From positions 14,941,558 to 15,005,557 of the forward strand of contig NC_090399.1 of NCBI RefSeq assembly GCF_036365525.1: DNA of 64,000 nucleotides. Reading direction: 5' to 3'. Under the pieces are notes generated by a model. The model had not been told where the DNA came from and did not search any database. It saw nothing but the letters and a program-made list of their open reading frames with translations. Positions 24,649 through 34,500 of this stretch are shown piece after piece. The position numbers and the translations under genes were made by a program. The first letter of the stretch is position 1; each line of letters begins with the position of its first letter. Source of the DNA: Heterodontus francisci (taxonomy: Eukaryota).

Positions 24649-26645
24649 TCCTCTCACTTCCTCCAAATAAAAGCTGTTGCTATGGGTACCCGCATGGGTC
24701 CTCCTAGTTATGTCTCTTTTTGTGGGGTATGTCGAACATACGAGCATATGAATTAGGAGCAGGAGTAGGCCATTCGGCCCCTCAAGCCTGCTATGCCATT
24801 TAAGAAAAAACATGACTGATCTGATTGTGGCCTCAACTCCACTTTCCTGTCTGTCCCCCATAACACTTGACTCCCTTGTCTATCAAGAATCTATCTAACT
24901 CAGCCTTGCATATATTCAATGACACAGCATCTATTGCTCTCTGGGGAAGAGAATTCCACAGACTAATGACCCTCTGAGAGAAAACAATTCTCCTCATCTC
25001 TGTCTTAAATGGGAGACTCTTATTTTAAAACTGTGTCCCCTGGTTCGAGTTTCTCACAGAAGTGGAAACATCCTTCCAGCATCCACCCTGTCAAGACCCC
25101 TCAGGATCTTATATGTTTCATTAAAATCACCTCTCATTCTTCTAAACTCCAATGGGCAAAGGCCCAACTTGTTCAATCTTTCCTCATCAAACATTCGTAG
25201 TTCCAGTCCTCCTCAGTCCCGCACCCCAAATCTTTTTACGGTACATTGATAACTGTATTGGTGCCATTTCCTGCTCACACCTGGAACTGGAAAACTTCAT
25301 CAACTTTACTTCCAATTTCCACCTTTTTCTCACTATCATATGGTCCATCTCCAACACTTCCCTTCCGAGACTTCCCTGTCTCCATCTCTGGGGATAGACT
25401 GTCCACTAATATTCATTAAAAGCCCACTGACGCCCACAGCTACCTTGACTACACTTCCTCATACCCTGCCTCCTGTAAAGGACTCCATCCCATTCTCCCA
25501 GTTTCTCCATCTCTGTCACATCTGCTCTGATGACATAACTTTCCACAACAGCACTTCTGACATGTCTTCCTTTTTCCTCAACCGGGAATCTCCCCCACTG
25601 TGGTTGACAAGGCCCTCAATCGTGTCTGACCCATTTCCCGCATTTATGCCCTCACCCCTTCCCCTCCCTCCCAGAACCATGACAGGGTTCCCCTTGTCCT
25701 CACTTTCCACCCCACCAGCCTCCACATCCAAAGGATCATCCTCTGCCATTTCCGTCATGTCCAGCGTGATGCCACTAACAAACACATCTTCCCCTCCCCT
25801 CCCCTGTCAGCATTCCGATGGGATCATTCCCTCCCCGACACTGTGGTCCATTTCTCCATCAGCCCCAACACCTCGTCCCCTTCCCACGGCACCTTCCCAT
25901 GCAATCGCAGGAGGTGTAACACCTGCCCTTTTGCCTCCTCCCTCCTCACCATCTAAGGCCCCAAACACTCCTTCCAAGTGAAGCAGCGATTTATTTGTAC
26001 TTCTTTCAATTTAGTATCCTGTATTCGCTGCTCACAATATGGTTGCCTCTACATTGGGGAGACCAAACGCAGATTGGGTGATGGCTTTGCAGAACACCTC
26101 CACTCAGTCTGCAAGCATGACCCTGAGCTTCCGGTTGCTCGTTATTTTAATTCACCACCTTGCTCTCATGCCCATATTTCTGTCCTTGACCTACTGCAGT
26201 GTTCCAGTGAAGCTCAACAGAAGCTCGAGGTGCAGCACTTCATCTTCCAATTCGGCATTTTACAGCCCTCTGGACTCAACATTGAGTTCAACAGTTTCAG
26301 ACCCATGGCCCAGTCTTAAACTTGATTTTCTTGTTTTTCTTTTGACAGAGCTATTCTTTATTTTGCCATTAACACTGTCTCTGGAAAATGCTTTGTCTTT
26401 TACGAAAACTATTATCACTCCTTTTGCCTTTTATTCCATGACATCTTTGTCATTTAATCTCTCCTGCCCTCTGCCCCATCATGGACCTTCCCTTTTGTTT
26501 TTTTTTTACCCTCCCCCTTCCACTTGTTCAAAACCTATTCCATTTCTGACCTTTGCCAGTTCTGAAGAAAGATCATCGACCTGAAACATTAACTGTTTCT
26601 CTCTCCACAGACCTGCTGAGCATTTCCAGCACTTTTTATTTTTAC
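24645..26645 (+). mobile_element. Penelope-like element (RT C-terminus + GIY-YIG), with nested CR1 3' fragment (24740-25190, -)
   Basis: AVAMGTRMGP, FLRYIDNCIG and CLYIGETKRRLGDGFAEH...PSGLNIEF, plus a terminal pLTR with a hammerhead-like motif at 26557-26595. Confidence 0.9.
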
Positions 26646-27157
26646 TTTATATAAATATTACTCTTTTTTTGCTTTTGACTCATTCTATAGTTCCTGCTTT
26701 TCATTATCGGCCATATTCAATCTTAACCCCACAACATGGATAAATGTTATTAAATTTAACAGTATAAACCATAACAATAAATGCTATTTTAATGAAGCCT
26801 ACAATAATTTAAGTAATGGTAAATTTAAAAGCGTATCCACTGAAAGCAAAATCTATTTTGACTGTGGGGTCCAAGTGCAGGATAATCTGGTTCACAAGGG
26901 GAAGTTAACACAGGCGTGCATTTCGAATGCAATGGTTCTATGTATGAAGAAACACTCACCCTCCGTATTTATATCTCATTACAGCCCCCTGTATAATATC
27001 GCTTCCATTTGTAATGCCTGTTAAATAAGTAATGAGATTTCTGATCAATAATCTGTTAAATGAATGGGGTTCTTCCATTCTTCATCACAACTGCATCAGA
27101 AGTCCCAGAAAATGCAGTTTCGCACCAAATACATAGAAGTTATGACATGCACACAGA

Positions 27158-27347
27158 TGTTATGGCCACGTGGTGAGGGATATGGATGGTTCAACTCCCA
27201 CCTGACCGCAGCAAGCGTTACTTGTTATTAGGGTTTAACCCCTTGGTGGTTTATTTGTCAAAGAAATAAACAGCGACGGGTTTTCTTGTCGGTTTAAAAA
27301 AGAAAATCAATTGTTTATTGAGCAATAAGCCTTATCCTGAAATTGTC

Positions 27348-27428
<81 letters not shown>

Positions 27429-28195
27429 GAAGAGACAGATAGAGAGGGAAAGGGGTAAGTGATTTTAAGCGTCGTAGGTTTCAGGGTCATGGTAAACATA
27501 TTGAATTCTCTCAGAAGTCAAGTTCTCATTGGTTGCAGGCCTGAGCTGTTTGTAGGTTTCTCTCTTAGTTTAAAGTTTCGGCGAATAAAGTGAATCACTT
27601 CTAATTCGCTGTTGCAGAAGTAAAGATGTACTATTTTACAGTAGGTGCTTCCTTTCTGGTTTGCTGGATTTCTCCCGGCCCCTTAGCTGGAAACAAGCTT
27701 CTTTCTGGGTGTCTCTCTTTCTCTCTCTCCCTCTCTCCACAACACCCCCACCCCACCCCATCTTTCAGGGAACTACCTTTACGGTCAAAAATCATTTCAC
27801 ACCTTTGCCTCCGGTGGGGGATGTGGCTCTCCCTCTCTGCCATGCCCAACAATGGCCCAGAATGTGGTAACTTCACACCTTCTTTTTTTTAAGAAGAACT
27901 CATTCAATTCAAAAGTGTCTCTTGATGGGTTCAGGATGAGAATAATCTGGTGATCATGTTTCCATTTTATGCCTTCTTTGTTTCAGAAGAACCTATTCAG
28001 TTCAGGAATGTTTCAGGATGGGTGTAATTGACCCCTCCCAGCTCAAACAGTATTCCTTTGTCCCTGTCAGGCATTTATCTTCAGTGGCCAATTTTAGCAA
28101 CATTGTCCATTTTCTTAAAAAGGGAAAGTCAACTTTTGTAACTCTTCTATTTTGGTCCATAATTTTTAATCATCACACTTCTCATAAGCATAACA
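27158..28195 (-). mobile_element. Solo LTR (about 1 kb) containing a (CA)37 tract
   Basis: Perfect 7-bp inverted ends tgttatg...cataaca with flanks caga/cagg, interrupting a CR1 tail fragment. Its minus-strand aataaac...aagaaaacc...tttctttg block resembles the U5 side of the LTR at 62098-62918. Confidence 0.72.
27352..27426 (+). repeat. (CA)37 microsatellite
   Basis: Perfect dinucleotide run. Confidence 0.98.
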
Positions 28196-28541
28196 CAGGC
28201 CATTCGGCCCAACCAGTTCATGTAGGCCTTTGCCCTCTAGGCATGGTTCTGCCTTTATCAAGGTTTCCACAGCTTTTCCCTAAACCTGTGGCAGAAGAAT
28301 GGTGTAACCCATTGGAATTTTACCTCCATATATCTATGAAATCGGCATACAGTGGAGTGATCAAATTCAAGACCTATCACTTAGTAACAGATTGCTTTTT
28401 CAATATACTGAGCAGCACATCCAAGAAGGTAAAATGGCGGGTGTAAAGAAGTTTCACCAAAGGTTATGAAATTCCATCCCATTTAAACTTGCTGTTGTAA
28501 ATCTTTTCTTTTTTATTTCGTTCACAGACAATAATAAAAAA

Positions 28542-28581
28542 ATGCCTCGAGGTACTTTAATTGGTGTATTGCTGATCTCTG
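28542..28581 (+). CDS. Leader exon of receptor 2 (MPRGTLIGVLLIS-)
   Basis: Strong acceptor ending 28527, ATG at 28542 and phase-1 donor G/gtgagt. Splices to give the signal MPRGTLIGVLLISAAALA followed by DIKVTQS. Confidence 0.85.
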
Positions 28582-31500
28582 GTGAGTCTTGAATTTGTTT
28601 GCTACATTTTTTCCATATTTGCTCATGGGATGTGAACATCGGTGTCTAGGCCAGCATTTATTGCCCATCCCTAATTGCCCTTGAGAAGGTGGTGGTGAGC
28701 CGCTTTCTTGAACTGCTGCGGTCCTTGTCATGTAGGTACACCCACAGTGCTGTTAGGGATGCAGTCCCAGGTTTTTGACCCAGTGACACTGAAGGAACAG
28801 TGATATAGTTCCAAGTGACTTGGAGGGGAACTTGCAGGTGATGAGGTTCCCATGCATCTGCCGCCCTCGTCCTTCTAGGTAGTAGAGGTTGTGTGTTTGG
28901 AACATACTGTCGATGGAGCCTTGGTAAGTTGTGGCAACGCATCTTATACATGGTAGACACTGCTGCCACTGTGTATCAGTGGTAGAGGGAATGAAAGTTT
29001 AAGCTGCTGGATAGAGTGCCAAACAAAGCGGGCTCCTTTGTTCTGGATGCTGTCGAACTACTTGAGTGTTGTTGGAGCTGCACTCATCAGGCAAGTGGAG
29101 AGTATTTCATCACAGTCCTGACTTGTACCTGGTAGAAAGATGGTGGACAGGCTTTGTAGAGTCAGGAGGTGAGTTACTCATTGCAGTATCCCTACCCTTC
29201 GTCTGCTCTTGTAGCCACAGTATGTATATGGCTGGTCCAATTAAGATTCTGGTCAATGATAACCCCTAGGGTGTTGATGGTGGGTGATTCTGTGATTGTA
29301 ACGCCATTGAATGTCAAGGAGAGATGGCTAGATTTTCTCTTGTTGGAAATGGTCATTGCCTGACACTTTTTGTTGCACGAATGTTACGTGCCACTTATCA
29401 GCCCAAGCCTGGGTATTGTCCAGGTCTTGTTGCATATGGACACAGGCTGCTTCAGTATCTGAAGAGTTGTGAATGGTGCAGAGCATTGTGCAATCATCAG
29501 CGAACATCTCCACTTCTGACCTTATGATTGAAGGAAGGTTTTTGAAGAAGCAGCTGAAGATGGTTGGGCCTGGGACACTACCCTGAGGAACCCCTGCAGT
29601 GATGTCCTGGAGCTCAGATGATTGACCTCCAACAACCACAAAAATCTTCCTTTGTGCTAAGTATGACTCCAACCAGCAGAGTGTTTTCCCCTTATTCCAA
29701 TTGACTTCAATTTTACTAGGGCTCCTTGATGCCATACTCAGTTAAATGCTGCCTTGAGGCCACAGGCCATCACTCTCACCTCACCTCTGGAGTTCAGCTC
29801 TTTCGTCCATGTTTGTACCAAGGCTGTAATGAGGTCAGGAGCTGAGTGGATCTGATGGAATCTACACTGAGCATCAGCAAGAGGGTTACTGCTCAGTAAG
29901 TGCTGCTTGATAGCACTGTCGATGACACATTCCATCACTTTGCTGATGATTGAGAGTAGACTGATTGAGTGGTAACTGGCCAGATTCGATTGCTGGGTTG
30001 ATGCCAATTTTGAAGCTGTACTAGCACAGCTTGGGTAGGAGCATGGCTAGTTCAGGAGCACAAGCCGTAGAACCATAGAAAAACTACGGCACAGAAGGAG
30101 GCCATTCAGCCTATCATGTCCGTGCCAGCTGAACAAACTAGCCACCCAGTCTAATCCTACCTTCTAGCACCTGGGCCACAGCCTTGCAGGTTACATCACT
30201 TCAATTGCATGTCCAGGTACCTTTTAAAAGAATTGAGTGTTTCTGCATCCACCACCATTCCTGACAGTGAATTCCAGACACCCACCACCCTCTGGGCGAA
30301 AATGTTTTTCCTCATGTCCCCTCTAATCCTTCTCCCAATCACCTTAAATCTGTGTCCCCTGGTTATTGACCTCTCCGCTAGGGGAAACAGGTCCTTCCCG
30401 TCTGCTCTATCTAGGACCCTCATAGTTTTATACACCTCAATTAAGTCACCCCTCAGCCTCCTCTGTTCTAGGGAAAACAACCCTAGCCTATTGAATCTTT
30501 CCCCATAGCTGCAACTTTCAATCCTTGGTAACATTCTTGTCAATCTCCTCTGTTCTCTCTCCAGAGCAATTATGTCCTTCCTGTAATGTGGTGACCAGAA
30601 CAGTATGCAATAGTCCAGCTGTGGTCTAACCAGTTTTTTATACAGTTCCAGCATTACATCTCTGCTTTTGTATTCTATACCTCATCCAATAAAGGAAAGC
30701 ATTCCATATGCCTTCTTCACCACTCTATCTACCTGTCCTGTCACCTTCAGGGACCTCTGGACAAACACTCCAAGGTCTCTCACTTCTTCTACCCCTCTGA
30801 ATATCCTCCCATTTATTGTGTATTCCCTCGCTTTATTTACCCTCCCCAAATGCATTACCTTACACTTCTCTGGATTGAGGGCTGCAGCTAAGATATTATC
30901 AGAGCCCATAGCCTTTGCTGTATCCAATACATTCAGCCATTTCTGATATCACGTGGAGTGAATCGAATTGGCTGAAGACTGGCATCTGTGATGCTGGAAA
31001 CCTCAGGAGGAGACCGAGATGGATCATCCACTCTGCACATCTGGCTGAAGATGGTCGCAAAGGCTTCAGCTTTGTGATTTTGCACTGACGTTGCTGGGCT
31101 CCGCCATCAATCAGGATGGAGATGTTAGTGGAGCCTCCTCCTCCCCTGGTTAGTTAAGTGTCATGCCACCATTCATGACTGGATGTGGCAGGGCTGCAGC
31201 GCTTTGATCTGATTTGTTGGTTGTGGGTCTGTTAGCTCTACTTATAACATGCTGCTTCCATTGTTTTGCATGCATGTAGTCCTGTGTGTATCTTCACCAG
31301 ATTGGCACCTCATTTTGAAGTATACCTGGTGCTGTTCCTGGCATGCTCTCCTATGCTCTGCATTGAACTGGTAAAGTAATGCCGGACCTTCTCTATAATC
31401 AACCGCAGTCCTTACTGTTTTCGGACTTGCAAGCATATTGACCCAGCCAGCATCAAGGAGCAGGCAATATACAATGTGCAACTTGGATGGGAACTCGGAG

Positions 31501-34500
31501 GTAATGCTGCACCCTCAAAATTGCTGCCCAGTATTAGGTGTTGCAGCAGAAGAAAATGCTGGTCACCCCAAGACGTTAATGGTCAGAGCTTCAACAGTAA
31601 TGTTACTGCTGATGGTCAGGGGGTAGAGGTGGGATTTCTTTGTTTGAATTGATCATTACCTTCATTTGAAATATCTGCAAGTTGTCACACCAAATAGTTT
31701 AAAGTCCCGGGTCTATTTGTCTAACAAGAATACTTAGCATCTATGTCTTTCAGCTGCTGCTCTTGCCGACATCAAAGTAACTCAAAGCCCACAGAATATC
31801 GAAGTAAGGGCAGGAATGAAGATCCATCTCTCCTGCAGTTTTAATAGGTTTGCAGAGTTCCGAATTTTTTCCCACCACTGGTACAAGCAAGGATTAGGTC
31901 GTGAAAAGTCAGCAGTTACAAACACGTCTGCAGAATTTATTGGTCGAGTTTTGAAGGAAACTCAAGGCTCTAAAACCAACATTACAATCTTGGATGCAAA
32001 ACAGAATGATTCGGGGACGTATTATTGTGAAGTGGAAATATTTAATTTTGCCAGAGGAACTGGAATAGGAACACGGGTAACAGTAAAAGGTATGCTTCTA
32101 TTCTGCTACTAGTATCTCACTTTACATATATTCTTTTCAAAAAACAAATCCAACTACTTACACCTCAAACACTGACTCTATAATTTTGGAATAAGAATGA
32201 TGAAGAACATTTATAAATCTCGAGACCCTGGAAATGAATGGTGCTTTACAAAATTTTATAGTTAAATACACTGCTGTATAAAAGTATAAATTTCCACATT
32301 CATTCTAAATTAACCTGGAGCATAGGATTAAATGTGTAAATTGATTAATCAGAGCTTAATCTATCTGAGATTTTGATTTTTTTTCTGGCCAGATTGTCCT
32401 TTTTTATATATTTGTCAGAATGTATTATATTTTGACAGTATAACTCAGCTGTTATTTAGTTACCTTATATCTCTCTGATTTTTGTTTGACTACTGAATCC
32501 GAATTCGGTAAGATTATCCGCATGTATGACCTTTCCACTCAGCCCTATCTCACCATCACCTCCTGGGACCTCTCAACTGCCTCGGATTCATTTCAATGCT
32601 TATCTATCAGCCAATATTGGTTGAACAGAAATTTCCTTCGACTAAATATTGGAAAGACTGAACCCACAAACCACAATCCATCTCCACAGTTTCCATCCCT
32701 GGGAATTGTCTTCAATTGAGTCGGACATTTCACAACCCTGGTGCTGTGTCTGACCCTGAGTTGAGTTTCTGACCAACATCACCAAGACTGCCTACTTCCA
32801 CCTCCATAACATCGCTCAACTCCACCCACACCTCAGCTTATCTGCTGCTGAAATCCTCTTCCATGTCTTTGTTACATCTAGACTTGACTATTCCAATACT
32901 CTCCTGGTCAACCTCCCATCTTTCACCCGACATAATCTTGTGCTCATCCTCAACTCTATTGCCCATAAGTTAACTCACTCCAAATCTCATTCACCAGGAT
33001 CCTTGTACTTGGTGATCTTCACCGGCACCCTGTCCGATAGCACCTCAATTTAAAAATCCGCATCCTTGTATTCAAATCCCTCCATGGCTTCCCCCTCCCT
33101 ATCTACCTCGCCTCCTCCAGCCAGATAGCCTTCCCAGATACTTTCCCTCCTGCAATTCTGGCCTGCTAATGTTAACCGTTCGACCATAGCCTTCATCTGA
33201 CAAGACCCTAAGATCTGGAATTCCTTCCCTCAGCCTCTCCATCTCTCTTCTTTTAAGGTGTTCCTAAAAATCTACCTCTTTGATCAATCATTTGGTCATC
33301 TTTCCTTGTGTCTCCTTCTTTGGCTCAGTGTCAACAAATGGCACTGAGCCAAATACGCACACAGATAGTTACACACACTCAGATAGATTTATTAACGTGA
33401 ACTTGTGTAACTGGGCAGAACCCAAAAGGGCCCCAGAAAATATAATTGATTGAAAGAGAAAGTAAATTTTTATTTCCTAAAAAAATGATTTAAAAGTGGT
33501 AATTTTCCAAAGACCCAAACACTTGGAATTGGTGAAGAGAACTTGGATGTCATTAATAGTAATCATTTCATTTTCCACAGTGGGACCTGACAATACCATG
33601 GACAGTCATTCTAGTGTTCGAAAGAAGAATTTGATCATTCTGGCTTCAGTGCTGGGGGGCATTGTATTGATCCTGTCCTCAATGGCACTTCTTGTGGTCT
33701 TGCACTTCTGCAAGCATCGAGGTAATTCTACTGAATGTATCACGGTGGCGATTAGTGAACAAATGTGTTTAGGGTCAAAAGCAGCCTTGGCTTTCAATGC
33801 ATGTGGTACCTTTAGCCAGTGAACGCATCATTTCCAAAAGTGTACCATGATAGGCCGAATAGCCTACTGCTGTGCTATATCATTCTAGATAGAACAGATC
33901 AGGACCTGCTGACATCACAAGGTAACTTACAACCAAAGTAATGTAGCTTTGAAGCATACACACTGTCGTCCTTTAGTAAACTCAGCATAGCAAGGTGCTA
34001 CAGACAGGAACACGTGACTCCTGACAACGCAGCCCAGCGCTGACATCATCAGAGCACTCCCCGCTTCGCACATGTGCAGAATGGACTCTTGCTGTCAGTA
34101 TGGCGCTGCGCATGAGCAGCCTACATCAGCACCCAGCTTGCCAGGACTAATTTGCGCATGCGTGCAAAACACGGCATCATGTACTGCGACGCCTGCTCAC
34201 CGCTCGCTCCCCATCACGCCTCGCCACTTCTCCTCCCTCGGTCGCTCGCTCCCCCTTTCACCCCCTCTCTCCCCCACCTACCTGTGGGCCACTCGCTCCC
34301 AGCCTAGCCACTTCCTCCCCTCTGCTCTCTCGATCTGTCCCACTTCTGGATCCCACACCCTCCTGCCTCTGGGCCCCGCCTTTCTTCCCCACACAGGGGA
34401 AGCAGGGCAGAGAGAGAGAGAGTGACAAGATGGGCAGGGGAGGGGAGGGAGACTGTGAGCAGGACAGAGCAGGGAGTAGAAGCAGGAGGGAGTGGGAAGC

